Positions 29,968-40,922 of a stretch of 64,000 nucleotides of DNA are shown one piece after another; position 1 is the stretch's first letter; the number at the start of each line of letters is the position of its first letter. The position numbers were made by a program, and so were the translations under genes. Below the pieces are notes generated by a model. That model had not been told where the DNA came from, did not search any database, and saw only the letters and a program-made list of their open reading frames with translations. Origin of the DNA: Candidatus Binatia bacterium (GTDB taxonomy: Bacteria > Desulfobacterota > Binatia > Bin18). The stretch spans positions 960,001 through 1,024,000 of the forward strand of contig OY761159.2 of assembly GCA_963664395.2 (NCBI GenBank), given 5' to 3'.

Positions 29968-31482
29968 ATGAGTAGTAACGGACACGCAACAACAGCACAG
30001 GTACGGGCACAGTTCGATCATCCCATCATCGACGCGGATGGACACTGGCTGGAATTTGGCCCCTTGGTCAGGGAGGAAATGCGAAAAATCGGTGGCGATA
30101 AGGCCGTCGAAGGATTCTCTTTTTTCCCCGAACTGGTTCAAAAAGAATTGGCCATGTCAGTGGCCGAGCGCCGGGCTAACGGGACCGGACAGCAGGCGTT
30201 TTGGGCGCTCCCGACCAGGAATACACGCGACCGGGCCACCGCCGTCATGCCGCAGCTCTTGTATGAACGGCTGGACGAATTTGGCTTCGACTTTAGTGTG
30301 ATGTACCCCACCGCCGGCCTGGGCCTTCCTCTGATTCCTGATACGGAGCAGCGCCAGGCCGCCTGCCGCGCGTTCAATACCTTTAGCGCTGATTATTTTG
30401 GCAAATATGCGGATCGGCTGACACCGGCGGGGGTTATTCCCATGCACACCCCGGACGAGGCCGTTGCAGAGCTGGAATATGCAGTCACGCAACTGGGCTT
30501 GAAAGTCGTCATGTTGGGTAGCCTGATCCGGCGCGATGTTCCGGCCGCGACTGAGGTTCACCCCGATGCTGCGAAATTTGCCGCATATCGGGATGTCCTG
30601 GGTCTCGACAGCGACTATAACTATGATCCGGTCTGGGCCAAGTGCGTGGAACTCAAAGTCGCGCCCTCCTTTCATTCCGGCGGACGCGGATTTGCCATGC
30701 GCATGTCGCCGAGCAATTTTACCTATAATCACATCGGCCATTTCGCGGCCGCGAACGAAGCGGTGTGCAAGGCCCTATTCTTAGGTGGGGTGACGCGACG
30801 CTTCCCGCAGCTCAAGTTCGCCTTTCTCGAAGGCGGCGTGGGCTGGGCCTGCCAGTTGTACGTCGATCTGATCGAACACTGGGAAAAACGCAATATCAAT
30901 GCTCTGGCCGAAGTTGACCCGGCCAACCTCGACCATACGCTGTTCCGTGAACTCGCCGAGCAATACGGCAATGCCACCATTGTTGAGGCGCTATGCCAGC
31001 GGGAAGCCGCCCTTGATACCGCCATGCCGCCCAAGGGTTCGGTCGATACCGGTGGCATTGAAAATCTGGATGACTACTCGGCCTGCGGCATCACCAAGGC
31101 CGAGGACATCAAGGACCTGTTTGCCACGAACTTCTACTTTGGCTGCGAGGCGGATGATCGGATGAATACCTTAGCGTTCAACCGCAAGAACAATCCGTTT
31201 GGCGCGCAGTTGCATGCCCTGTTCGGTTCCGACATCGGTCATTTCGATGTCCCGAATATGGCCCATGTCCTGCCCGAAACCTACGAGTTCGTGGAAGATG
31301 GGCTGATGACTGCGGAGAACTTCCGCGATTTCACCTGCGATAATCCGATTCGGTTTTTGGGTGGGACGAATCCGGACTTTTTCAAGGGAACGGCTGTGGA
31401 AGAGACTGCCGCTGCCGTCCTGGCGAAAGGTAGAGCCACAGTCAACGTGAACGGTCAGGCCGAGGGCCAGGTGGCAAAGTAA
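29968..31482 (+). CDS. Amidohydrolase family protein (Amidohydro_2)
   Basis: IIDADGHWLE...RRFPQLKFAFLEGGVGWA...FGSDIGHFD. Confidence 0.88.
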   Translation: MSSNGHATTAQVRAQFDHPIIDADGHWLEFGPLVREEMRKIGGDKAVEGFSFFPELVQKELAMSVAERRANGTGQQAFWALPTRNTRDRATAVMPQLLYERLDEFGFDFSVMYPTAGLGLPLIPDTEQRQAACRAFNTFSADYFGKYADRLTPAGVIPMHTPDEAVAELEYAVTQLGLKVVMLGSLIRRDVPAATEVHPDAAKFAAYRDVLGLDSDYNYDPVWAKCVELKVAPSFHSGGRGFAMRMSPSNFTYNHIGHFAAANEAVCKALFLGGVTRRFPQLKFAFLEGGVGWACQLYVDLIEHWEKRNINALAEVDPANLDHTLFRELAEQYGNATIVEALCQREAALDTAMPPKGSVDTGGIENLDDYSACGITKAEDIKDLFATNFYFGCEADDRMNTLAFNRKNNPFGAQLHALFGSDIGHFDVPNMAHVLPETYEFVEDGLMTAENFRDFTCDNPIRFLGGTNPDFFKGTAVEETAAAVLAKGRATVNVNGQAEGQVAK

Positions 31483-31492
31483 TAAGCAATTG

Positions 31493-31519
31493 CTCCCTCT
31501 CCCCTGGAGGGAGAGGGGG
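31493..31519. repeat. Palindromic repeat / hairpin between convergent genes
   Basis: ctccctctccc-ctgga-gggagagggg; same family as 9342-9380. Confidence 0.55.
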
Positions 31520-31563
31520 ACGAGGTAAACTCAGACACGACCATCCGCCCTCCCCGTTTGTAT

Positions 31564-31650
31564 TTATTTTGCGCGGCGTCCGGCATCCGGAGCCATATAC
31601 GCGAAAGCGAACACAACGGCGAGCAAAACGATAGTAGAAAGAATATCCAT
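31564..31650 (-). CDS. Small 28-aa single-TM protein (unannotated)
   Basis: MDILSTIVLLAVVFAFAYMAPDAGRRAK*; GGAGGAG Shine-Dalgarno 8 nt upstream. Confidence 0.65.
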   Translation of the reverse strand: MDILSTIVLLAVVFAFAYMAPDAGRRAK

Positions 31651-31718
31651 GCCTACAACTCCTCCAGCATTCGAGATGAGCCAACCTATAGGGACAGATT
31701 ATTGTGTCCGACACGTGT

Positions 31719-33089
31719 TCACAATTCGTCTGCCGGCCCTACCCGTATGACTGAAAATTCACCCTGCTGAAACAGAATACGATCCGGGGGAGGGTCTCGC
31801 AACACAAAGCCCTCGCGACTCCCCCGCGCCCATTGCTCTTGGGTTACGGCATAGAACGGCTGGAAGTAGAGACTCTTACCCGGAGCGTAGCGACCCCGGT
31901 TGACGACAAAGACATCGACCCCATACCGAGCGTGAAGCCGATCAACCGTTGCAAAATCAGTGGCGTGAAAGGCCGCCAAGGTGGCGTCCAGGCGTTTCGC
32001 CATTATCTGATAATACCCTACGTACAGCGGCAGAGACGTTTCCATAGACGCCAAGACACCCCGGCGAGCGCGAGCAGACCGCACACAGGAAGCGCGTAGA
32101 GCGTATACCGATTGGGGTAATGCAGAACGAATAGGGTGAGGTGGGCGCTGATGAAGAGTCCGATTGAAACGCCGGCCAGTGCCCAAGCTTCCCGACCGAT
32201 CACACCAGGGAGAAACCGCCAGGCGGCAATCAGCAGACCGCTGAGGAGAAGCGCAACCCAGGGATCAATACCTAAGCCGTTCCGCTTGGAGAAATAGAAG
32301 TGCCACGGGTCGGGATTAAAGAAATGACTCCGCCCGCCGGGCCAAAACTTCGGCATGGCATATGCCTCGGCAAAGGTGACTGTGCGGCCAAGCTCGGGCG
32401 GAAAGGGACGAAGATAGGCCAGGCCCAGGACCACAAGCGCCAGGCAGCCCAGCCCCACAAGAGCGAGCCGCCGCTCGGGCAGCTGCCGTTCTTGCCAATC
32501 TTGCCAAACGCGCAGCGCCAAAACAATCGCAGCACACAGGCCCAGATTTGCAGCTACTCGGGTAGAAGAGAACAGCCAGGAGCAGGGCACACCCGAGCGC
32601 GGTCTGACGCTGCGTGAGCAAGGCCCACATGCCGAACAGGAGAATCGGGGTGGCAAAGGAGCGCGGCAGACCGGCGTGCAGGAAGCGTAGTTCCGCCAGA
32701 ATGAAAAAGGTCGCTCCGACGACTCCGCCCGGCAGCCCTTGACCAACACGCTGTCCAATAAGAAAGGCGAGTACCGTCCCAGCCGGAACCAGCAGCAATG
32801 GGACTGCCTCTGCGAGATGCTGCGGATCAACGACAGGGACAAACAGCCGAAAGAGGAATTGATAGCCATAGGGGGCGAGAATCGGCTGAGAAAAAAACTC
32901 CCGAGCGAGATCGTTTGGGAAGAGTGCGGGATCAATCCAGCGATACGTCCACCAGATGTGGTGCGCGAAGTCCTCATCATGCAGATCGGCCCGCAGCAGG
33001 GCGGGCAGAAATTCGCGGACAGCTACAATGCCAGCCAAACACGCGATCCAGCCGAGTGCGAAGCGTCGTCCCTGAGAATTTCCGTCCAT
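31719..33089 (-). pseudogene. Multi-pass membrane protein (possibly GT-C-like), broken into three frames
   Basis: DEDFAHHIWW...DPALFPND...GLPRSFATP..LFYP / VAANLG...LHYPNRY...GLLALA / RGVLASMETSLP...RYGVDVFVV; breaks near 32555 and 32065. Confidence 0.7.
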
Positions 33090-33125
33090 ACCCTGCGTTC
33101 ACGAATCGGCAAAGGCGCTTCTCTC

Positions 33126-34493
33126 CTACAGCGGCTCAAAGCGTTTCCTTTTCAGCAGCTTCCCTCTTCCCGCGTTTCCCAACACATGCCCGTTTTCCAC
33201 AATCACCTCACCCCGCGATAGCGTATGCGTCGGCCAGCCCGTCACCTGAAAGCCTTCGTACAGTTCATAGTCTGCGCGCGAATGCATATCACGGTGACGG
33301 ATGGTGGTGTCTTTTTTGGGATCAAAGATCACAATGTCGGCATCCGCTCCAACGGCAATCGTGCCCTTTTGCGGATAGATACCAAACAGCTTGGCCGGGT
33401 TCGTGGCACTCACTTCGACAAAGCGGTTGAGTGAAAGTTTGCCTTGGCCAACGCCTTCGGAGTAGAGCATGGGGATAAGGGTTTCTAGGTTGGACATGCC
33501 GGGCAGCAAGTCATCGACCGTCTTCCCCGCTTTTTTCTGGGCCAGATTCCACCCACAATGATCTGTGGCTACAGTCTGCAAATTATCGGTGCGCAAGCCG
33601 TCCCACATGACCTGCATTTGGGACGCTTCTCTGAGCGGCGGCCAGCCAACGTAGCGTTCAGCGTCCGGCTCTTCAAAGCGTTCGCGGGAGAGATGCAAAT
33701 AGAGGGGCCGTGTTTCGCCGTAGATGATCTGGCCGCGCGCGCGCGCCTGACGAATCGGAGCCAGCGCTTCCTCACATGACAGATGGACCAAGTAGATGGG
33801 GGCTTCGGCGTACTTGGCCATACTGATGGCGCGCTGCACCGCCAACCCTTCGGACTCTCGGGGACGCGAGTCGGGGAAATACTTTGGTCCGAGCTTTCCC
33901 GCTGCCGTCATTTGTTCACACAGATAGCCGATCAAACATTGATCTTCGGCGTGGATATTGGTCAGCGCACCGTGTTTGCCGGCCTGGGCCATAACCTTGA
34001 GATAGTCGACGGCCAGCTCGTCAAAACGCGCCATGCCGATCATGAACAACTTGAAGCTCGTATGGCCTTCAGCAATAACGTCAGCCATTTCATCAATAAT
34101 CTGCTGAGTCGGCTCCAGGATGACAGGATGAATGCCGTAGTCGATGAGGGCTTTGTCTTTCGCTTTCTCCTCCCAGGCTTCAACACTGCCTTGGATCGAT
34201 TGGCCCGCTTCGGGTAAGGCATAATCAACGATGGTTGTCACCCCGCCACACGCCGCCGCAACCGTTCCGGAGTAAAAGTCGTCAACCGAGCGGTGGCCCA
34301 TCAACTCGATGTCAACATGGGTGTGGACATCCACCCCGCCGGGGAAGAGATAGTTGTCTGTCGCGTCGATTTCCCTAGCTGCCGGCCCAAGGCCCTGGCC
34401 GATCTGTTTGACTTTCCCCGCTTCAATCCCCACATCGGCTTGCGCGATTTCTCCAGCAGTCACCACTGTACCGTTGCGAATGACGAGATCCAT
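33126..34493 (-). CDS. hydA: Dihydropyrimidinase / D-hydantoinase
   Basis: FPGGVDVHTH...GTVAAACGGVTTIVD...SFKLFM...HAED...VATDHC...NPAKLFGIYPQKGTIAVGADAD. Confidence 0.9.
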   Translation of the reverse strand: MDLVIRNGTVVTAGEIAQADVGIEAGKVKQIGQGLGPAAREIDATDNYLFPGGVDVHTHVDIELMGHRSVDDFYSGTVAAACGGVTTIVDYALPEAGQSIQGSVEAWEEKAKDKALIDYGIHPVILEPTQQIIDEMADVIAEGHTSFKLFMIGMARFDELAVDYLKVMAQAGKHGALTNIHAEDQCLIGYLCEQMTAAGKLGPKYFPDSRPRESEGLAVQRAISMAKYAEAPIYLVHLSCEEALAPIRQARARGQIIYGETRPLYLHLSRERFEEPDAERYVGWPPLREASQMQVMWDGLRTDNLQTVATDHCGWNLAQKKAGKTVDDLLPGMSNLETLIPMLYSEGVGQGKLSLNRFVEVSATNPAKLFGIYPQKGTIAVGADADIVIFDPKKDTTIRHRDMHSRADYELYEGFQVTGWPTHTLSRGEVIVENGHVLGNAGRGKLLKRKRFEPL

Positions 34494-34519
34494 GCTGTCC
34501 TCCTTTGTATGCAGATCGA

Positions 34520-35014
34520 CTAACGCTCCACTCTTTCCCCCAGCTTGCGCGCCGCCTCAACCAGCGATTCCACAAGAACGGCGACATCAGGGTCGGCAAT
34601 ACTTGTAATCCCCGTGGGATTGGAAGCGAGTTGGTCCGTCTCTACCAGCCGGTGGGCAATACGCCACTGACCGCTATGTTTCACGAGGCGATCAACATAG
34701 CGGCCCTGGGCAAAAATTTTATATCCACCGGCAGTCGCCAGCGTGGCCAGCATACTGCACTGACCGGTCGCTGCGTCTCCGCTCACCTCGTACAGAAAGT
34801 TGGCCATCATATGTCGGCAGCGGATTTCCTGTACGTGGACATCGGCATAGCCGCGCAGGGCGGCCTGACCACGCATGGCCCGCGGGCCGACCTGAAAAAT
34901 GCCGTCCGGCGTGAAGCAGGCGACCCAGGCTTCGGGGTTGAGGTCGTCAATCGCGTGGGCGTAGCGGGCAAAGAGTTCTTGGATAGCCAGTTTTTCAATC
35001 CATGCGTTGTCCAT
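34520..35014 (-). CDS. Nuclear transport factor 2 / SnoaL-like protein
   Basis: AIQELFARYAHAID...GRYVDRLVKHSGQWRIAHR. Confidence 0.85.
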   Translation of the reverse strand: MDNAWIEKLAIQELFARYAHAIDDLNPEAWVACFTPDGIFQVGPRAMRGQAALRGYADVHVQEIRCRHMMANFLYEVSGDAATGQCSMLATLATAGGYKIFAQGRYVDRLVKHSGQWRIAHRLVETDQLASNPTGITSIADPDVAVLVESLVEAARKLGERVER

Positions 35015-35032
35015 CTATTACCTCCTTAGACC

Positions 35033-35056
35033 ATCAGATCATCAGATCATCAGATC
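35033..35056. repeat. 3 x 8-bp tandem repeat (atcagatc)
   Basis: Directly visible at the junction of the AKR stop codon and the NTF2 RBS region. Confidence 0.8.
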
Positions 35057-36080
35057 AGACCATTTTGGCCGGGTTCGGTTGCTCATGCCCCAGGATGGGG
35101 TGGGGCTGATACGGCGCTTCGAGCGTCGCGACTTCCTCATCACTCAGGGCCATATCCACCGCCGCGAAGAGTTCTTCCAGATGATGTATCTTCGTGGCTC
35201 CGATTATGGGCGCTGTAACGCCCGGCGCCTGGAGTACCCAGGCACAGGCAATCTGGGTCGGGGAGACACCCCGCTGTTCGGCGACCTTTTCTACTGTCGC
35301 GGCAATAACGAAATCGTTCTCACGAAAATAATTGTTATGCGCAAACGCATCGGTTTCGGCGCGCTTGGTCAGGGCCGTGCTCCCCTCGGGCTGACGGTTA
35401 CCGGCAAAGAAACCGCGCGCCAGCGGGCTCCACGGAATGAGCGCCACGCCTTGATCGATACACAGCGGATTCATCTCCCGTTCTTCCTCACGATAGATCA
35501 GGTTGTAATGGTTCTGCATGGTCACGAAGCGATGCCACCCTTCTTCCTTGGCCAGAGAGAGCGCCTTGGAAAACTGCCAGGCCGCCATGCTGCTCGCGCC
35601 TACATAGCGTACCTTGCCGCTGCGCACGAGGGAGTCCAGGGCTTCCAGGGTTTCTTCAATCGGAGTGGAAAAATCCCAGCGGTGGATCTGATACAGGTCG
35701 ATATAGTCCATCTTGAGACGGCGCAAAGAATGCTCGCACGCCTCAATAATGTGCTTGCGGCTCAGCCCACCACGGTTTGGCCCGGGGGCCATCTTGCCCC
35801 ATACCTTGGTGGCAACGACGATGTCATCGCGTACGGCCAGCTCCCCCAACCAGTGTCCGGTGATCTCCTCACTCAGACCGATCGAGTAGACGTCGGCGGT
35901 ATCGAAAAAGTTTATGCCGGCTTCGAGGGCCAGGACGAAATGCGCGCGCGCTTCGGCCTGATCCAGCGCCCAGTCGCGTGGCATCGCCCATTCGGGCTGC
36001 GGACCGCCACCATAGCTCATACAGCCGAGACAGAGCCGTGACACGGTCATTCCGGTGTTGCCAAGCTTTGTAAACTGCAT
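35055..36080 (-). CDS. Aldo/keto reductase
   Basis: LCLGCMSYG...FFDTADVYS.GLSEEI...GLSRKHI...YIDLYQIHRWD. Confidence 0.92.
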   Translation of the reverse strand: MQFTKLGNTGMTVSRLCLGCMSYGGGPQPEWAMPRDWALDQAEARAHFVLALEAGINFFDTADVYSIGLSEEITGHWLGELAVRDDIVVATKVWGKMAPGPNRGGLSRKHIIEACEHSLRRLKMDYIDLYQIHRWDFSTPIEETLEALDSLVRSGKVRYVGASSMAAWQFSKALSLAKEEGWHRFVTMQNHYNLIYREEEREMNPLCIDQGVALIPWSPLARGFFAGNRQPEGSTALTKRAETDAFAHNNYFRENDFVIAATVEKVAEQRGVSPTQIACAWVLQAPGVTAPIIGATKIHHLEELFAAVDMALSDEEVATLEAPYQPHPILGHEQPNPAKMV

Positions 36081-36095
36081 ACTTCCTCCTCTGCA

Positions 36096-36977
36096 CTATG
36101 GACGCGGTTGTCGTTGGGCGAAGTCTTCAGCAATCTCTGAAAACGTGGCCCAGCTCACTCCAGCATGACTATTGAAGTGTTCAATTAAACGCTCGTGCAT
36201 CATCAGCACCTGCGGACGGCCGCTCACGTCAGGATGAATGGTCATGGTAAACACGGCGTAGTCATATTCACGGTAGATCCAGTCGAACTGATCCCGCCAC
36301 ATTTGCTCAATGTCGCGGGGATTCACAAAGCCATGGCTATTGGGCGATTTTTTGATGAACATCATGGGCGGCAGGTCGTCGAGATACCAGTTGGCCGGAA
36401 TCTCAACCAAGTCGGTTTCTTCGCCACGCATGAGCGGCTTCATCCATTCTTCTGCCGGCTTGGAGTAGTCGATATTCGTCCAGGTATCTCCGACCCGGAC
36501 ATAGTAGGGATGGAAGTCGTTATGCATCAGACTGTGGTCATAGCGAAAGCCGTGCTTCAGCAGGAGTTCGTTGGTCACGTTCGAGAACTCCCACCACGGG
36601 GCCACATAGCCGGACGGACGTGTGCCCGCTTTTTCCTCGATGAGGCCAATTGTTTTGACCAGAACATCTTCCTCTTGCTGCGGCGTCATGGCGATCGGAT
36701 TCTCATGCGAGTAGCCGTGCGCACCGATTTCGTGTCCGGCCTCGACAATCATTTGGGTTTGCTCGGGAAACGTCTCGATTGAGTGACCGGGAATAAACCA
36801 GCTTGTCTTCATGCCATACGTATCAAACAGCTTGAGCAGACGCGGCACGCCCACTTCCCCGGCAAACAGCCCCCGCGAAATATCATCCGGCGAGTCCTCG
36901 CCCCCGTATGATCCCAGCCAGCCGCCGACCGCGTCCACGTCAATACCATACGCCAGCTTAATGTCCTTTGTGGCCAT
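36096..36977 (-). CDS. Polysaccharide deacetylase family (HP0310 / cyclic imide hydrolase-like)
   Basis: [33 protein letters not shown]...HGYSHENP...[10 protein letters not shown]. Confidence 0.9.
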   Translation of the reverse strand: MATKDIKLAYGIDVDAVGGWLGSYGGEDSPDDISRGLFAGEVGVPRLLKLFDTYGMKTSWFIPGHSIETFPEQTQMIVEAGHEIGAHGYSHENPIAMTPQQEEDVLVKTIGLIEEKAGTRPSGYVAPWWEFSNVTNELLLKHGFRYDHSLMHNDFHPYYVRVGDTWTNIDYSKPAEEWMKPLMRGEETDLVEIPANWYLDDLPPMMFIKKSPNSHGFVNPRDIEQMWRDQFDWIYREYDYAVFTMTIHPDVSGRPQVLMMHERLIEHFNSHAGVSWATFSEIAEDFAQRQPRP

Positions 36978-37003
36978 ATCTCCTCCCTTCTTTCGTCCAG
37001 GCT

Positions 37004-38221
37004 TCAGTGTGCTAGCTGGCTCTTATCCAGCACCCGATCCATAACGTATTGCGCCAACTGGTGGATGCATTCTTCCAGATGACAGTAGCGTCCAGGTCGC
37101 GCCATGCGCGAATTCAGCCCCTGCTGAACCGACTCGCACGCCCACATGTCCTGCTTGTTTATGAACTCGAGCCCTTCGACCGCGTGTTCGAGATGTTGTT
37201 CAAAATCCGGCATCTCCATAGCTGCTGGAGGAAAGCACAGCGCCAGGCTCCACGTAATCCGGTCAGCCGCCTGCGGCAATATCTGTCCATAAAACATGCC
37301 GTCGGGTAACGGCGTAAAGAGATGCGTTGGATAGATATTAATGAAGTCACCGCGCTGGCGTTCTTCGGGAGACAAGCTCTCAATCAACGGGAAAGGAGAA
37401 GGTAACCACTCGGTCTTGCCAGGTTCGGCTTCCGTCACCCCCGGTGAATAAAATGTTGCCCCCGGTGTTGCAAAATCCCCCCAGATGATCCCAAACGCGC
37501 CGTTATACGCTGCGTTGGTAATATTGTAAGCCTGAGGCGAAGCATTATGAACGGAATGGACTGGCATCACATCGTGCGGTCCCTTATGCAGACCAAGAAC
37601 GTGGTAGGCCTCCATATAGTTCTCAACCATAATTTTCCAGTTCCAGTTACCCTCATAGACTAATGTTTTGACGGTCCGCATCTCACTGAGATTATAGTGC
37701 TGCAATCGCTCGGAGAGGGGAGCCAGCTTGGGCCCAAGCGGCTGTGCTCGCTGATCAAAATTGACAAAGATGAACCCCTCCCACGTCTCGACCCGTGGCG
37801 AGGCTAATTGACACTGTTTTTTGTCAAAGTTGTCCGTGCGTTGCATCTCGGGGGCGCCAATGAGTTCTCCTTTCAAGGAGTAGGTCCAGCCATGGTAGGG
37901 GCACTCAAAAGTGCGCCGATTACCCCGCCCTTCTACGACTTTCGTTGCGCGATGGCGGCAGACATTCGATAATACCCGGACCTGGTTTTCCTCATCTCGC
38001 ACGACGATCAGTCGTTCTCCTAGTAGGGTCAGCGTAAAAAAATCTCCGGGCTTCTCCACCTGATCTACTCGCCCGACGCACAGCCACTCTTTCAAGAAGA
38101 TATGCTCGACTTCTCGCTCATAAAACTCGCGTGAGGTGTAACAGGGAGGTGGGAGCGTCGAGGCTTGAGACGGCGGCAGCTGGGCTGCCATAAAATCACT
38201 CTTGGTCATTTCCCTAGTCAT
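37004..38221 (-). CDS. Rieske ring-hydroxylating oxygenase alpha subunit
   Basis: NVCRHR...[10 protein letters not shown] Rieske motif; [19 protein letters not shown] mononuclear Fe site. Confidence 0.92.
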   Translation of the reverse strand: MTREMTKSDFMAAQLPPSQASTLPPPCYTSREFYEREVEHIFLKEWLCVGRVDQVEKPGDFFTLTLLGERLIVVRDEENQVRVLSNVCRHRATKVVEGRGNRRTFECPYHGWTYSLKGELIGAPEMQRTDNFDKKQCQLASPRVETWEGFIFVNFDQRAQPLGPKLAPLSERLQHYNLSEMRTVKTLVYEGNWNWKIMVENYMEAYHVLGLHKGPHDVMPVHSVHNASPQAYNITNAAYNGAFGIIWGDFATPGATFYSPGVTEAEPGKTEWLPSPFPLIESLSPEERQRGDFINIYPTHLFTPLPDGMFYGQILPQAADRITWSLALCFPPAAMEMPDFEQHLEHAVEGLEFINKQDMWACESVQQGLNSRMARPGRYCHLEECIHQLAQYVMDRVLDKSQLAH

Positions 38222-38276
38222 AGTCTTCTCATCCCCCTTTCGCGAGATACTCAGGTGAGCGCTCCCCTTATGCCGG

Positions 38277-38306
38277 ACCCTAGCTGTGTCTTGCCGGGAG
38301 TGTCAA
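38277..38306 (-). promoter_or_regulatory. Putative sigma70 promoter for the Rieske operon
   Basis: Minus strand TTGACA-18 nt-TAGGGT. Confidence 0.35.
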
Positions 38307-38388
38307 GGAAAACGATGAGGGTTGCGTAAAGGCGAAAACTTTCCGACATTGCTTCTGGATGGGCATGAGGAAAAAAGGGGGGCAAAAA

Positions 38389-39390
38389 ATGAACCGAGAA
38401 GGCGGGTGGCGGGCGTGTCTTGAGGCAGTAGTGTTCACCGGTTTATTCGTCTTCTGGCTTATCTCGTCTGCCGCCCTGGCAGACGACGTAGCCAAGAGTC
38501 CGTATGGCCCGGACGATGAAATCGGAGTCCTGAACGAATTAACCGAGGCGAATACCCTGGCCGTCTTGCAGCGGGTCAGCAGCGGCAAAACCTATGATCT
38601 CAGCGTTGAGAACTTCGTTGGTATGCCCGGCCTGGCCGATCTCGGTATGGGCGACCCGCCTTTCCATATGTGGATGACGCATACGCCCCGAGGGATACGT
38701 ATCGAAAAATTATCTCCAGCCGGCGGTCCCCCCAATCTCGCCTTGTACGATGATGCGTATACGCTGTCGGCCCATACCGGCACTCATATTGATGCGCTGA
38801 ATCACCTGGGCCGGGGCGAGAAAATTTTTAATGGCTACGACGCCCCGACCTATTTGAGCGACAAAGGCTGGACCAAGGCCGGGGCGGACACCGTCCCGCC
38901 CATTATCACCCGTGGGATTCTTATTGATGTGGCCGGCGAGAAAGGCGTCGCCATGCTGCCGAACTCGTATGAGATTAGCATCGAAGATCTACAGCGAGTG
39001 ATGAAGAAACAAGGCGTCCGCCTACAGAAGAATGATGCCGTTTTAATCCGCACCGGACGTATGACGGTCTGGCCGGACCCTAAAAAGTTCGTGCATAACG
39101 ATCCGGGCATTACCAAAGACAGTGCCGCCTGGCTGGTCGATAACGGCGCGGTCATTATCGGTGCGGACAATATGGGGATCGAAAAATTTCCGATGGCAAA
39201 AGACAGTGTGCATGTCTATTTGTTTACCGAACGGGGGGTGTGTCTCCTCGAACTGCTATGGCTGGAGGATTTGGCCAAGGACCAGGTGTATGAATTCGCC
39301 TTTATCGCCGCGCCGATCAAAATGCGCGGCGCAACCGGCTCGCCGATCCGTCCGTTGGCGCTGCCAATTCGCGTAGCGCCGAGCGAATAA
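38389..39390 (+). CDS. Cyclase family (kynurenine formamidase-like) protein with predicted signal peptide
   Basis: SPYGPDDEIGVLN...HTGTHIDALNH...TRGILIDVA...GATGSPIRP; hydrophobic N-terminus ending in ALA. Confidence 0.88.
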   Translation: MNREGGWRACLEAVVFTGLFVFWLISSAALADDVAKSPYGPDDEIGVLNELTEANTLAVLQRVSSGKTYDLSVENFVGMPGLADLGMGDPPFHMWMTHTPRGIRIEKLSPAGGPPNLALYDDAYTLSAHTGTHIDALNHLGRGEKIFNGYDAPTYLSDKGWTKAGADTVPPIITRGILIDVAGEKGVAMLPNSYEISIEDLQRVMKKQGVRLQKNDAVLIRTGRMTVWPDPKKFVHNDPGITKDSAAWLVDNGAVIIGADNMGIEKFPMAKDSVHVYLFTERGVCLLELLWLEDLAKDQVYEFAFIAAPIKMRGATGSPIRPLALPIRVAPSE

Positions 39391-39426
39391 AAAGGGCGAG
39401 CGTCACAAGCCGGCCTCTCCCCTTCC

Positions 39427-40035
39427 TTGCCTGAGCCCCAGAGATATGATGGGCTGGCAGCGGTGCATACAGACCTACTTACTGTCCTCAAAAATCGTCT
39501 TCAGAGTCGAACCCGTGTCGTAGACGACGGCCAATCCGCCAAACGGGCAGCCGTGTTGGTCCCGTTCTTCGAGCGTGAGGGAGAATACCATCTCCTCTTT
39601 ACGCTCCGAACGTCACACCTTCCGACCCACAAAGGCGATGTATCCTTTCCGGGTGGACGAGCTGACAAAGAGGATGCGTCACTCCTCCACACCGCCCTGC
39701 GAGAGTCTGAAGAAGAGGTCGGCTTACACCCGTCGGATGTCCAACCTATTGGCCCGTTGGACGACTTGCGAACGCACGCCACAGACTATGTCGTCACGCC
39801 CTATGTTGGTGTGATTCCCTACCCGTACGATTTTCAACCAAGCGCGTGGGAAGTGGCAGAGATTTTCTCTGTGCCGTTCGCTTTTCTCGAAGACCTCAGC
39901 AATCTGAATGATGAAACCTGGCTGCACGACGGCGAAACCATTCCCATTCAGACCTATCGCTATCAGGGCTATAAGATCTGGGGCGCGACACAGCGCATGA
40001 TTCAGAATTTGCTGGAGCTTCTCGGCGCTTCCTGA
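39427..40035 (+). CDS. CoA pyrophosphatase (Nudix, NudL-like)
   Basis: AAVLVP...LFTLR...HKGDVSFPGG...TALRESEEEVGL...IWGAT. Confidence 0.9.
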   Translation: MPEPQRYDGLAAVHTDLLTVLKNRLQSRTRVVDDGQSAKRAAVLVPFFEREGEYHLLFTLRTSHLPTHKGDVSFPGGRADKEDASLLHTALRESEEEVGLHPSDVQPIGPLDDLRTHATDYVVTPYVGVIPYPYDFQPSAWEVAEIFSVPFAFLEDLSNLNDETWLHDGETIPIQTYRYQGYKIWGATQRMIQNLLELLGAS

Positions 40036-40076
40036 GCAGGCGAAATTCATTGCATACCGCTCTCCTGCCTGACAAC

Positions 40077-40802
40077 TTAATCTCGCCCGGCCTCAATGAT
40101 CTTCTCCGCCAATCCAATCGGATTGGTAAAAATCACCTCATGACTGCCCGGCATTTGCACCAGGCGATACAGCCCCAGGCGGTTTGACATGCGTGGATGC
40201 CAGCCCCACTCCCCCGGCGGCAGGGCGATGTCTTCGGTGCAGTTCAGGAAACTCTTGGGCATGTCCAAGGCATAGAACGGCTTCATGTCGAGCGGGTCGC
40301 AAAACGGCTGATACGGTTCAGGCGACAACCGGGCGTAGGCCGACTGTGCCAGGGCGAGATCGGCATCGTTGATGAATGCCTCACGCCAAATTGGAAACGG
40401 CAGGGTCACGGTCCTGTCGCTCGACGCGGCAACCATTTCATCAAACAGTTTGCGATAGTGATCTGGAATCTCATCCATTAAACTATTGCCGTCCTCACAC
40501 ACAAACGCATTCCAGAAGATCAGACGCCGAATCCGCTCGGGAAGCGCCGGGGCGACTTGGGAAATAATCGTCCCGCCAAAGCTATGACCGAGCAGGACAA
40601 TGTCGCGCAGGTCTTTTTCCAAGATGAAGTCGATAATCGACTGCGTGCACTGGGCATGATTGACGTTTTTATCAACGCCCTTGCCGTGCCCGGCTATGGT
40701 TGGGCTAAAGGCACGATGGCCTTTCTCCGCCAGGTGAGTCCGCACCGGCTCCCAGGCCGACCCGTCATGCCATGCACCATGAACCAAGACAAATGTAGAC
40801 AT
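40077..40802 (-). CDS. Alpha/beta hydrolase (esterase-like)
   Basis: FVLVHGAWHDG...LLGHSFGG...PGSHE. Confidence 0.9.
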   Translation of the reverse strand: MSTFVLVHGAWHDGSAWEPVRTHLAEKGHRAFSPTIAGHGKGVDKNVNHAQCTQSIIDFILEKDLRDIVLLGHSFGGTIISQVAPALPERIRRLIFWNAFVCEDGNSLMDEIPDHYRKLFDEMVAASSDRTVTLPFPIWREAFINDADLALAQSAYARLSPEPYQPFCDPLDMKPFYALDMPKSFLNCTEDIALPPGEWGWHPRMSNRLGLYRLVQMPGSHEVIFTNPIGLAEKIIEAGRD

Positions 40803-40922
40803 ACTTCCTCCCGTGCGAGTCTTGGTATGATATGCAACTACGCACTGTCAATGCACAGACCCCGGCTTACCCCGCCTCATACAGAATGATATTGATCGGA
40901 GCCAGAAATACAGGAGGGACGC

